DNA from: an uncultured delta proteobacterium
Lineage (GTDB): Bacteria > Desulfobacterota > Syntrophia > Syntrophales > UBA2185
Direction of reading: 5' to 3'
NCBI GenBank assembly: GCA_963695875.1
Contig: CAVOID010000004.1
Location: 128,001-192,000 of the forward strand
Length of the DNA stretch: 64,000 nucleotides
The notes under the pieces were generated by a model, which saw only the letters and a program-made list of their open reading frames with translations, ran no database searches and was not told where the DNA came from. Shown in pieces: positions 10,337 to 21,414 of the stretch (the stretch's first letter is position 1; each line of letters starts with the position of its first letter). The position numbers and the translations under genes are program-made.

Positions 10337-12030
10337 ATGCCCGATACTCCCAATACCGTGATCGGCCACGTCGTCGATGTCCAAGGAAACCTCCTCATGG
10401 CGACCTTGGTCGAGGACGAACAGGGACATGCGCCGACCGTTACCATCGGCGATGAGGATGTGTTGGTCGGGCAGCTTGGCTCGTACGTCGCGGTCAAGCA
10501 GAACGATGTTCACCTCATCGCCATCGTGACTCGCATGACCGAACAGGAAGCGCTCGCCGCGCCGACCATCGAGACGCCTGGCGACGATGCCGCGAGATTG
10601 CCCTTCGCCAAGCGAATCGCCCGACTCACGCCCGTCGGCTCGATTCTCGCGGACGGCCAGTTCGAGCGCGGCGTTGCGCGGTACCCGACCACGGGGGCGG
10701 AGGTCCACGCGATTGGCTCAACCGACGTCGCCAAGATGTTCGACCGCTTCCAGTCGAAGGGCCTTGCGGTCGGCACGCTCGCATCGCACCCCTCGCTCAA
10801 GGTCTGTCTGGACCCCACAAACCTGTTCGGGCGGCACTCTGCCATCTTGGGGCAGACCGGGTCGGGAAAGTCATGGACGGTGGCTTCCCTTGTGCAGAAG
10901 ACGGTCGCGGTGATGCCCAGGGCCCACATCATCATCCTCGACTTGCACGGCGAGTATTGCTGGAAGCGACCCGACGGGACGCACTCCTACGCGTTTGCTG
11001 ACGCCATCGTCCGGCACGTCGATGCGCGCGAGCTGGAGATGCCTTACTGGTTGATGACCTACGCGGAACTCTGCGACCTTCTCATCGAGCACAGCGAGAG
11101 GGAGGCCACAAACCAGACTGCGTTCTTTCGTGACTGCTTACTGGAGGGACGGCAGCAAGAGAACACCACCGCCACTCCCGCACTTGGCTTGGCAAGAGTC
11201 ACCGTGGACACGCCGATCTACTTCTCTCTTGATGACATCTTGACCAAGGTGCGCGCAAAGAACGTGGAGCGGGTCGGCAACAGGCAGGGGCCCATGTTTG
11301 GTGACTTCGATCGCTTTCTGATGCGGATCGAGAGCAAGCTCAACGACGTCGCGATACGACTTCTTGCTCAAACCCAAGAGCCGCAACACATCGGCTTCGC
11401 TGTCGGACCTGCTCCGAGACTTCGTCGGGCTTGGCACCAAGAAGGTCGCGGTCACGGTCATCGACCTCAGTTCAGTGCCGTTCGACGTGCGGCCCACGGT
11501 CGCGGCGCAGATCGGCCGCTTGGCGTTCGAGTTCAACTACTGGAACCCGCAGTACCGCGAGTTCCCGATTCTACTCATGTGCGAGGAGGCGCACGCGTAC
11601 ATCCCCCGCGCCGCCGAGAGTCAGTTCGCTGGCTCGCGGAAGTCGATGGAACGGATCGCCAAGGAGGGCCGGAAGTACGGCGTCGGGCTTGCCGTCGTCA
11701 GTCAGCGGCCCCACGAAGTCTCCGAGACGGTGCTTGCCCAGTGTGGAACGTTCATCTGTCTGCGGATCACCAACCCCGACGACCAAGGCTACGTCCGGAG
11801 CCTCGTGCCCGAGAGCGAGGGCGACTTGGTCAGCGTTCTGGCGGGCTTGGGCCGGGGTGAGGCGCTTGTTCTTGGGGAGGCCGTCCCGCTGCCGACTCGG
11901 GTTCAGTTCGATAAGCCGAGTCCCGGCACCCAACAGCGACGACGTGGATTTCTACGCGAAGTGGAAGGACGGACCGACGGACTTGGACGTGGATGAGATC
12001 GTCAAGCGCTGGCGCAGTCAGGAACGGTAA
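10337..12030 (+). CDS. herA: HerA/DUF87 ATPase; 2 frameshifts
   Basis: N-terminal HAS-barrel-like region, Walker A GQTGSGKS, DLHGEY, Walker B EEAH, RIAKEGRKYG, SQRP. Confidence 0.9.
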
Positions 12031-12074
12031 TTGTTGGAATAACATTTTAATAAATAACTCAGGTGAATAAAGAA

Positions 12075-12842
12075 TAAAGGGGACGGTTCTCTTTAGTTGA
12101 CAAAGGTGGTAATGCGATGGTACATTTAAAACATGCCGAGGACAGCAAGAGTAGCTCCCAAGGAGCATGTCTATCATGTACTGACACGAGGGAACAACCG
12201 TCAGGATGTATTTGAGGACGAGGATGATTTCAGAAAATATCTGGACCTGCTCTTTCGCTACAAAGAGAAATACCATTTTAAGCTGTATCACTACGTTATG
12301 ATGACCAACCATGTGCATCTGGTCATTGAGCCTTCAGAAGGAGGTGGCGGTTTATCCGAAATAATGAAAGGGATTAACCTGGCCTATGCCCGGCATTATA
12401 AGCGCAAATATAGTCATACGGGACATTTCTGGCAGGACAGATACAAGAGCATTATCATTTCAAAGGACGAGTATCTGCTTGCCTGCGGCAGCTATGTGGA
12501 ATTGAATCCTGTACGGGCAAAGATGGTGGAAGACCCGAAGGATTATACATGGAGCAGCTATCGGGCGTATGCTTACGGAAAGAGGGATGTCCTTTTAGAT
12601 GAGCATCCTGTTTACCTTCAGTTGTCTGAGGAGGAAGGAGAGCGGCGGAAAAAATATCGGGAGTTTGTACGAGGAATGCTCAAAGAGAAAGAGGCGATGA
12701 AGGGGGAAATGGACAGGCGGATAGTGTATGGCGGTGAGGATTTCGTGAAAGATATGACGACGACCTATAATATTTCTGAAAAGATAAAGCGGATGGGGCG
12801 ACAAAGAGGATGGAGGAAAAATAAAGAGAACCGTCCCCTTTA
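12075..12842. mobile_element. RAYT element bounded by 21-bp perfect inverted repeats TAAAGGGGACGGTTCTCTTTA
   Basis: 12075-12095 and 12822-12842 are exact reverse complements; each is an imperfect hairpin. Confidence 0.82.
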
Positions 12843-12843
12843 A
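12133..12843 (+). CDS. REP-associated tyrosine transposase (Y1/HUH)
   Basis: YHVLTRGNNR, MTNHVHL (HUH), FWQDRYKS, YVELNPVRA. Confidence 0.92.
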   Translation: MPRTARVAPKEHVYHVLTRGNNRQDVFEDEDDFRKYLDLLFRYKEKYHFKLYHYVMMTNHVHLVIEPSEGGGGLSEIMKGINLAYARHYKRKYSHTGHFWQDRYKSIIISKDEYLLACGSYVELNPVRAKMVEDPKDYTWSSYRAYAYGKRDVLLDEHPVYLQLSEEEGERRKKYREFVRGMLKEKEAMKGEMDRRIVYGGEDFVKDMTTTYNISEKIKRMGRQRGWRKNKENRPL

Positions 12844-12925
12844 CTAACGTCAATACCATGTTTCGACCGGCAATGCGGTGCTGTCAACCATGGCTGGAGC
12901 CCGCAACTTTGTGATCTGGTAGTCC

Positions 12926-13266
12926 TCATTCAGAAGGATTGTCATCCCGACTTTTTCGGATGCTTACAACTTTACCGGTAACATTTATAAGAATTGTTTT
13001 GCCGGTATTGCTCAAATTCCCCGGCTTTGTAAAATCCAGAATGAGTTCTAATCTTACCATCACATCATTTGGAAGAGGTTCCGCTGTACGAGAAGAATAC
13101 TTCTTTTGCAGAAACACTTGTAGTTTGAAGAAAAATACTTTCTACTTCCGGTGATGAGATAATTTCAATCCTGGCCGGAACACTAATATCATACTTTTCA
13201 AATTCCCTTGTCAAATTCGCACCTGCCTTTCTTCTAACTAAAAACGATGTCTTGATGTGAAGTCAT
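12926..13266 (-). pseudogene. PilZ-domain-like protein, frameshifted or degenerate
   Basis: Reconstructed REFEKYDISVPARI...TTSVSAKEVFF...PLP...VRLELIL...INVTGKVV pattern. Confidence 0.4.
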
Positions 13267-13344
13267 TTCAAGTTACTGACAACCTAATTATAAACAATTT
13301 AAACACAATGCACATTTAGGGAAATGAATTTCAGTTAAAAACAC

Positions 13345-13359
13345 GCAAAATACATGCCA
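13345..13359 (-). promoter_or_regulatory. Sigma54 promoter TGGCATG-TATT-TTGC
   Basis: Matches the TGGCACG-N4-TTGC consensus with one mismatch. Confidence 0.6.
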
Positions 13360-13673
13360 CCAATCTTATAATATAATTATGAATTAATTCAAATAGATAT
13401 CTTGGTTGGATATGGAAGCTGGAAAAGAAAACTCATTTTTTGACAGGGAATAGTAAAAAAATTGCCGCATCGCATCTATCCATGAGGTAATTCGGGGACA
13501 TTATATTTAAGTCAGAAATCTGCCTTTGAGGTGGACACGGCATACAATATAAGTTGTTAAAACTGATGATCAGCGCAGTTCATTGAATCCGGCAGCGAGC
13601 GCATTCACCGTCGCTTGCTGACGGGTAAGCGAGCGAATGTGGGAACATTATTATTCCTGTAGATCGAGAATAA

Positions 13674-14838
13674 TCATCCCTTCTTGTAAAGTGGAGACAT
13701 ATTTCTCAAGAAGGCCACGCTTTTCCTGAGGGCCTCGAATGCCTTGTCGATATCTTCCACCGTAATGTCAATGCCATAGGAAAATACAAGGGTCCCCTGG
13801 GCTGTGGCGTGGTCGGTACCGGTTGCGATTAAGACATGGGATGTCCTGAGAGAGCCCGATGCACATGCGGAACGGGTGGATATGCTTATTCCTTCCTGGT
13901 CAAGCATCATCATCATAGACTCACCTTCGATGTACTCCACGGAGAAGGACACGAGACCCGGCAAACTCTTTTCAGGGTGCCCGTTGACAACTATCTTATC
14001 AATGGTACCCAAACGGTCCATGACTGCCTTCTTCAATTTCAACAGGTGCTCTGTCCGCTGGGGCATTTCAACGCGGGCAAGTTCCGCCGCTTTGCCCATC
14101 CCGACGACACCAAGCATATTAGGGGTTCCCGCCCTCCGGTTATTCTCCTGCACACCGCCATCGATAAATGGCAGTATCCCTGTTTTCTCTCTTATATAGA
14201 GGGCCCCGATACCCGGGGGTCCGTAGAACTGGTTTGCGGCGATGCTCATCAGGTCAACACCCATCTCGTTAACGTCTACGGGTATGTTGCCACATGACAC
14301 CACTGCATCTGTGTGAAAGGGCACTTGCTTTGGCCTTCGCGATCCTCCCTATTTCGGCGATAGGCTCAATCGTACCGATCTCATTGTTGGCGTGCATTAT
14401 TGAAATAAGGATCGTGTCTTCTCTGATCGCTTGCTCCACATCTGCTGGGTTGACCACGCCATACTTGTCTACGGAGACTGAAGTCACGTTGTAACCCATC
14501 TGGGAGAGCATCCGGAGAGGTCTTGCAACTGACTGATGTTCAATATTCGACGTGATGATGTGCTTCCCCTTCTTGGCCTTTGCAAAGGCCACACCTTTTA
14601 TGGCGTGGTTATTTGCTTCTGTTCCGCATGAAGTGAACACGATCTCCTGCGGATCTGCATTGATGAGTTGGGCGACCTTGGCGCGTGCGTCTTCTAGGAT
14701 CTCCATGGCCGCATCTCCGATGCTGTGCTGGCTCACGGGGTTCCCAAAACCGTCCTTCTGTATGTAATCGATGATAGCCTCTTTTACCTTGGGATGGAGC
14801 GGATTACCGGAAATATGGTCTAAATAGATTATCTTCAT
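13674..14838 (-). CDS. Cysteine desulfurase (NifS/IscS) homolog lacking the PLP lysine; frameshift near 14320
   Basis: IVFTSCGTEANN, IEHQSV, MHANNEIGTIEP, FHTDAV, SIAANQFYGP, STRSAC. Confidence 0.88.
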
Positions 14839-15386
14839 TCTTTCTCTGCTCCTTTCACGATAGTGAAATCAGAATGCTGCAACGTGGGTTTTCCACAATG
14901 CGTGCAGAGTGGAGCAGGCTCCGGTAATCCCTTATCGCAGTAAGGGCAGTAACATTTTCCTTCCCTTTCACCGATGTGCTCTACTTTTTCGCCTTCTTTT
15001 GTCTCCCTGACTTTGCCATCTTTGTGCTCATAGTAATCCATGATGGCTCTATGCAAAGCATCCGCCCCCAGATTTGAACAGTGGAGTTTGTTCTTTGGAA
15101 GGCCGCCAAGGTTTTCTGCAACAGACTCTTTGGTAATCTTCATCGCTTCTTCCAAAGTTTTTCCTTTTGCCATTTCAGTTATCATGCTTGAGACAGCAAT
15201 AGCCGCCCCACAGCCGAATGTGTTGAATTTTATGTCATCAATGCGGTCATCCTTGACTTTAATAGTAATCGTCATCATATCGCCGCATATCGGGTTCCCC
15301 ACTTCACCCGTGCCATCGGGGTTTTCAATCTTGCCAACATTCCGAGGCTTCTTAAAATGGTCCATTACCACTTCCGAATATTGCAT
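14835..15386 (-). CDS. iscU: Fe-S scaffold IscU/NifU-N with a C-terminal Cys-rich extension
   Basis: PRNVG, GNPICGD, GCGAAIA, LPKNKLHCS; tail CYCPYC...CTHC. Confidence 0.9.
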   Translation of the reverse strand: MQYSEVVMDHFKKPRNVGKIENPDGTGEVGNPICGDMMTITIKVKDDRIDDIKFNTFGCGAAIAVSSMITEMAKGKTLEEAMKITKESVAENLGGLPKNKLHCSNLGADALHRAIMDYYEHKDGKVRETKEGEKVEHIGEREGKCYCPYCDKGLPEPAPLCTHCGKPTLQHSDFTIVKGAEKE

Positions 15387-15504
15387 GACTACCTCCTTTG
15401 ACTGCTATGGTGCTTCTTGTAATGTTGTTTTTGGAATTTCCCTCCGGAATCCAATATTTCAAACTAAGATCAATGATATCGGGGGTAACTTTCTCCCTGA
15501 GTGA

Positions 15505-15657
15505 ATTAATCGTGTTCCGCATGTCGTGACCATCATCCCTTTCATAACCCCCATCCCTGTGATGTTCTCCACCTCTTCCACCCCTGCCTATACAACATCC
15601 TCCGATAGATACAAGCATCATCACTAAAATCATTGCCAACATAATGATTCTCTTCAT
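15505..15657 (-). CDS. Small Gly/His/Arg-rich putative lipoprotein (end approximate)
   Basis: RBS AAGGAGG; MKRIIMLAMILVMMLVSIGGC signal and lipobox-like Cys. Confidence 0.5.
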
Positions 15658-15900
15658 CGCCCCCTCCTTTGATGAGGATTTGTTTTTTTGTTCATCCGAC
15701 AATGAAACGGTATCAAGATGCTCAAAAAAGTTTGCTTGCACCTTGGTCGGCTACAAATCAGGAATCCTTGCCTGTTATGATTACAGCATCTCATCGGTAG
15801 ATTTCATATTGTTGTTAATATTCATAAAAAGTGCCATAGGGGAAATTATGATTTTTTGCTTCGAAATACCTGATGTGACGTAAGATGGGTGTGAAAGAGC

Positions 15901-15960
15901 GTCATTTCGAACAAAGCGCGAAATCTTAAGATTCCTCGTCGCTTCCCTCCTCGGAATTAC
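15901..15960. repeat. Degenerate REP-like palindromic element (same family as 2867-2944)
   Basis: GTCATTTCGA...GAAATCTT-AAGATTCCTC...TCGGAATTAC. Confidence 0.55.
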
Positions 15961-16008
15961 AAATCTAAAGGAGGAAGGTACACTTGTAGCTTCCTGTGTG
16001 GAAAAGAG

Positions 16009-16818
16009 TTAGGAACGACTGATTCGTTCCGGATGAGTGTAGATAGTTGCACCGCCATTTCGCACAGAAGCGCAAAGCGTTATGCCACAGTGCAACGCGG
16101 CGTCCAAGGCAAGTGAAGTGGGAGCGGACACCGCCAGTATGATCTCGATCCCCGCCAGACTGCATTTAGACACCATCTCGAAGCTTACCCGCCCGGAGAG
16201 CACCGCGCCGTACCCTTTGGTCGTTTTTTCCGCAAGCAGAATTTTCCCGATGGCCTTGTCCAGGGCATTGTGCCGGCCAATATCCTCGGCAAACGAAACC
16301 GCCTCCCCCCTGCCGTCGAAGATGAGAATCGCGTGGGTGCCCCTCGTTTTTTTAAACACATCCTGTTTATCGGTCAGTAAGGCCATTGCCCGGTTCATTA
16401 GTTCGGTATTGATGCGGAGCGTGTTGCCTACCATAGGAAGGGTGGCGATCTTCTCTTGCATGTCCGTGCTCCCGCACATGCCGCAGGAGGAGACGACCAT
16501 CAAGTTGCGGCCCGGCGTATCGGTATTTTTTTGCGGCGGATTACTCAGCCGGACACGCATCATCTCAGGGAAGTCTATGCAATCGGTCAGCATGGCGATA
16601 TCGGCTATTCCCTGGATGATTCCTTCGGAGAACATGAATCCCACGGCCATGGCGCGCCTGTCGCCGGGGCTGCACAAGATCGTGTATGAATCAATGCCTT
16701 CGATATCGATTGTCAGCGGCGCCTCGACAGCTACATCCGCGGCCTCTTCGATCCATTTGTCATCCGGGCCGGACGCGCGTAAACGGGTTACGGAAAATTG
16801 TTTCGATGATATAGTCAT
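16009..16818 (-). CDS. fdhD: Formate dehydrogenase accessory sulfurtransferase FdhD
   Basis: AVEAPL, SSCGMCG, TRGTHA, EDIGRHNALDK, SGRVSFE, SAPTSLA. Confidence 0.95.
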   Translation of the reverse strand: MTISSKQFSVTRLRASGPDDKWIEEAADVAVEAPLTIDIEGIDSYTILCSPGDRRAMAVGFMFSEGIIQGIADIAMLTDCIDFPEMMRVRLSNPPQKNTDTPGRNLMVVSSCGMCGSTDMQEKIATLPMVGNTLRINTELMNRAMALLTDKQDVFKKTRGTHAILIFDGRGEAVSFAEDIGRHNALDKAIGKILLAEKTTKGYGAVLSGRVSFEMVSKCSLAGIEIILAVSAPTSLALDAALHCGITLCASVRNGGATIYTHPERISRS

Positions 16819-16865
16819 TTCGAATAATAAAAAAAATTATAAATTCAAATCTCTTTTTTTCTTTA

Positions 16866-17663
16866 TCATATCTTTTGTTTGATGACAACATGTACCGGTG
16901 AACGGTATCCCGTCCGAAGCTCAGCCTGGGCGCTCCCGCCGTTCATCGCAATCTCTACGAACCCGTGGCTTCCTTCCAGGGCCAGGAGGCTTCCCAAACG
17001 GGTATCGCCGTATGTTTTGCATCCGGGAACGCCTTTGCCCCCGGCGGTTAATGACCACTGACGGTCTCTTACAGAAGCGCCGGGGATATTCGTGACCAAA
17101 GTGCCGAAATGGTCGATGTACTGAATATATCCTGTTATCCCGGCATCTGTTTTGATGCATGCCGGAAGATCCATGCGAATCAATGTTGCGGGATCTATCT
17201 CCATTCCTAATTTTAACAGAGGGGTTCCTGTCGCCAGGTGCGCGCCCACGGAGGCAAAAATATCCCTGCCGTGAAAGGTTGTGCTCGATTCCGGTTTGAG
17301 CCAGTATTCGGGATTGGTCAATTCCACCGCTGCGGTAATCTTTTCATGATCGAGGACGCCTGTGAAAATACCATTGTCCGGTCCCACGAGAAAGCCCGTG
17401 GCCAGTTCAACCGCGACGGCCCTCCTTTGCGTGCCTACTCCCGGGTCAACGACCGCCACGTGGACGGTTCCGGAAGGAAAATAGGGGTAAGCCGTCATGA
17501 GGCAGAAATTGGCGGCATCGAGATTTTGGGGCGGAATTTCATGCGTGATGTCGATGATATTCAAATGAAGGTTGATGCAGGCAATTACACCCTTCATTAT
17601 ACCCACGTAATTGTCCTGCAAACCGAAATCCGTCAGCAGTGTGAGAAATCTATCGCTGGACAT
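16866..17663 (-). CDS. SAM hydrolase / SAM-dependent halogenase family (DUF62)
   Basis: LLTDFG, DITHEI, VVDPGVGT.RR, GPDNG, TFHGRDIF, IDHFG. Confidence 0.92.
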   Translation of the reverse strand: MSSDRFLTLLTDFGLQDNYVGIMKGVIACINLHLNIIDITHEIPPQNLDAANFCLMTAYPYFPSGTVHVAVVDPGVGTQRRAVAVELATGFLVGPDNGIFTGVLDHEKITAAVELTNPEYWLKPESSTTFHGRDIFASVGAHLATGTPLLKLGMEIDPATLIRMDLPACIKTDAGITGYIQYIDHFGTLVTNIPGASVRDRQWSLTAGGKGVPGCKTYGDTRLGSLLALEGSHGFVEIAMNGGSAQAELRTGYRSPVHVVIKQKI

Positions 17664-17851
17664 AATTTTTTTTCTTCCTCTATTGTGTTCTTGGTTGCAT
17701 TTTAAGACCATATTTCTATTTTGCAATACTTTATTTCCTCAGTTCCTATAAGTCCGTCTTTACAAAAGAGGTATGCAGGGAGGGGCTGTTTTTGGCGGGA
17801 AAATATGTGAGTGATATGTTATAAGTCACCCAATCACAGGATCCGGGAGGA

Positions 17852-18974
17852 ATGTATCATATGAAAAATCTGTTGGAAGGTGTGGAAGAAATACTGCTCA
17901 TGGGACCGGGACCCTCCTGCGTCCCTCCGGAAGTGTATAAAGCCTTAAGTCGCAAGACTATCGGGCATCTTGATCCCTATTTCCTTGAGATTATGGAAGA
18001 TTTGAAAGGGATGCTCCGGAAAATTCTGAACACCGGCAATGCCATTACCATTCCCATATCGGGCACCGGCTCGGCGGGTATGGAGGCCTGCTTCGTAAAC
18101 CTTGTGGAGCCGGGAGACAGGGTGCTGATTCTTATCAACGGCGTCTTTGGTCAGAGAATGCGGGAAGTGGCCACGCGGTTGGGTGCAACCGTGGATTCCC
18201 TGGAATTTACCTGGGGAACGCCTGTTGTCCTGGAAGAGGTGGAAAAGAAGCTACGTGAAACGTCGTATCGGATTGTGGCCGTGGTACATGCCGAGACGTC
18301 CACGGGAGTGCGGAATCCGGTGGCCGAGATAGGCAAGCTGATGAAGGGAAAGGATGCGATCTATCTGGTGGATACCGTGACCAGCCTTGGCGGGACGGAA
18401 GTCCGCATGGATGACTGGAACATCGACGCCCTTTACAGCGGCACGCAGAAGTGCCTTTCCTGCCCTCCGGGGCTGGCGCCGCTTTCCTTCTCGGAAAAAG
18501 CGATGGCCAAGCTCAAAGGCCGAAAGACAAAGGTCCCCAACTGGTATCTCGATCTTACGTTGATCTGCGAGTACTGGGGGAAAAACCGGGTCTATCACCA
18601 CACCGCCCCGGTCAACATGCTCTACGGCCTTTACCAGGCATTGTATCTCATCCTGCAGGAAGGATCGGACAAAGTCTTTGCCCGTCACCGGGAGAGCCAT
18701 GAGGCGCTCGTGAAAGGTCTGGAAGGGATGGGGCTGAAGATGCTGGTGGAGAAGCCAGTACCGCCTGCCCATGCTGAATACGGTGTACAGTCCGGAAGGA
18801 GTTGATGAATTGTCCGTCCGGAAGCGGCTGCGCAGTGAGTTCAAGATCGAGATCGGCGGTGGGCTCGGTCCTCTCGCCGGGAAAATCTGGCGCATCGGCT
18901 TGATGGGCCATACGGCCAGGAAGAAGAATGTAACCCGATTCCTCAAGGCGCTGAAGACAACGCTTGGCAAATAA
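17852..18974 (+). CDS. Alanine-glyoxylate / serine-pyruvate aminotransferase (class V); frameshift near 18757
   Basis: [43 protein letters not shown]. Confidence 0.9.
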
Positions 18975-19089
18975 TGTAGTGACTTGATCCGGATCACTAG
19001 CCACCCCCTGCATTCCCCCGCCAGCGGGGGACATGAACAAAGGAATCTGAAACGTCTAAACTTCAGATTTCCTTTTCCAGATAGTCTGA

Positions 19090-21230
19090 CTATACGCGGG
19101 GTTTAATCCTGCCTGCCATCCTGGCCCAGCGGTAAAGGGCGGCGAGCACAACCACGGCCTTTTCTGAAGAGTAGGGAAAGGCGGGAATGCCATGTTCTTC
19201 CAGGACCGTGGCGGCACGCTCCACCTCGACATCACCGGAGAGCGCAGCGACAATCGGTTTCGGCGCTTTCACGGCTTCAGCCGCCTTTTTTGCTTTGATG
19301 ACGGTTTCGGCAAAGACCATGGGCGGCGTGACCAGGGTATGCCAGTAGCCGAGGATCAGGGCGTCCACGCGGTCGTCCTCAAGGGCCAACCGGATCGTGG
19401 CTTCATAGGTTTCCGGCGGTTCGCCTCCTGTAATATCCACCGGATTTCCCGTAGCGCCGAAAGGCGGAATGAATTTTTTGAAGGCCTCGTCCAGGTCTTT
19501 CTCCAGCGTCATGAGCTGTAGCTGATGCCTGCTGCACGCGTCCGCCAGGAGGACGCCCAGCCCTCCGGCGCCGGTGACGATCAGTACGTTCTCCCCTTTC
19601 GGGACCGGCATCTTGCTGATGCTTCTCGCGCAATCCAGAAGTTCTTCCAGGTTGGAAACCCTGACGATGCCTGCCCTGGCAAAGGCAGCGCTGTAAATCC
19701 TGTCGTCTCCGGCGAGCGCTCCCGTATGGGAAAAGGCCGCTCTTTCTCCCAGAGGCGGTTGCGCCGGCCTTGAGCGCAACGATGGGCTTCTGCCGTGCTT
19801 ATCTTCTGTGCCGCCTTGACGAAGGCGACGCCGTCCTTGATGTCTTCCACGTGCATGGCGATCACCTTTGTGTTCGGGTCCTGTCCGAAGAACTCGATCA
19901 GGTCATCCTCGTCCACGTCGCACTTGTTGCCCACGCCGACGATTGCAGACACGCCCATTTTGTGAGAGCGGCTGTAGCCGATGATGGCCATACCCACGCC
20001 GCCGCTCTGGCAGGAGAGTGCTGTAGGTCCTTTCTCTGTGTAAGGTGTGCAGAAGGTCGCGCAGAGATCCGCCGGTGTGTAATATATCCCGAAGATGTTC
20101 GGTCCGAGGATACGAACCTTGCTTTCGATGGCCTTCGCGACAAGTTCCCTCTGGAGCTCGTTGTTGCCGATCTCGGCAAATCCGGATGAGATCACGATGG
20201 CCCCGGCGACTCCTTTTTCTCCGAGAACTTTTATGGCTTCGGCCACGTTCTTCGCCGGGATCACGATGACTGCCACATCCACCTGACCCGGGATGTCGGT
20301 GACGCTTTTGTAGCATTTAAGCCCCAGTATTTCGTCTGCCTTGGGATTGATGGGATAAATCTTGCCTTTGTAGCCGCCGTCGATGATGTTCTTTACCGTC
20401 GAGTATCCCAGTTTTGAAGGATCACCGGACGCCCCGATGATGGCAATGCCCGCCGGTGAAAAGATCCTCTTCATGCCGGCGACGATTTCCTCCGAAGTGT
20501 AGACTGTCTCGGCGATTCTTTTTGGTTCGCCGAGGGCCATCCGGGCATCCACAACGATGGCGCCGGACGCGGAGGCAATCACGGGATTCAGATCGACTTC
20601 CAGGATCTCCGGATGATCCGCTAAAAGAGTCGAGAGCTTCTGCAATAATATCCGCTACGGCGTTCACATCAACCGCCGGCTTTCCGCGGAAATTACCAAG
20701 GATTTTTGTTCCTTTGATTTCCTGCATCATGTCGAGGGCATCTTTCTTTGTGAGAGGGACCAATCTGAAAACCACATCGCCAGCGACCTCGACAAAAACC
20801 CCCCCCAGGCCGAACATCACGGCATGCCCGAACTGGCGGCTGAAGGAGGCGCCGATGACCAGCTCCACTCCTTCCGGCACCATCTGATCAACAGGACGCC
20901 CTGGTACGATCTGCATCCGGTTTGTGTAGTCTTTACGTTCTCCATGATTTCGGTGAATGCCGTCCGCACAGCCTCCGGGGAATCTAGATTCACCCTGATC
21001 CCGCCCACGTCGGACTTGTGGGAGATATCCGGGGAAACGATCTTCATCACGACAGGGTATCCCGACCAATTCGCTACCGTAACCGCCGTATCCGGATCAG
21101 TTGCCACATATGCCCGGTCCTGATCGGGTATATCGTAAGCCTTCAGCACTTCCTTGCTTTCCACCTCTGTGAGTACTGTTCTTCCCTGTTTTTTGACCTC
21201 TGTGAGAAGTTTCGTCACCGCGTTTTTCAT
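19090..21230 (-). CDS. Acetate/acyl-CoA ligase (ADP-forming), ATP-grasp domain first; several frameshifts
   Basis: YPVVMKIVSPDISHKSDVGG, MFGLGGVFVE, DLNPV, GAS...KLG, QSGG, SHTGALAG, NPVDITG. Confidence 0.88.
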
Positions 21231-21414
21231 CGGTTCCTCCTTTCGCTGCATTTCGAGGTAAATATGCCCGGCATTGCTGTGAACCGGCCATTCACGGACG
21301 ACTACAGGAAAAGTCAACACGATAAGATTTACAAAATAGAGTGATTTGTCGGTTATGGGAACTGCATGTTCATATCGGAGAAGCATACATGCCGGGTGCC
21401 GCTGTGACTGCCAA

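Noticed and set aside
15352..15741. 129-aa ORF running into iscU
   Set aside because: Likely read-through of a roughly 50-aa lipoprotein starting at 15657; the tail looks non-coding
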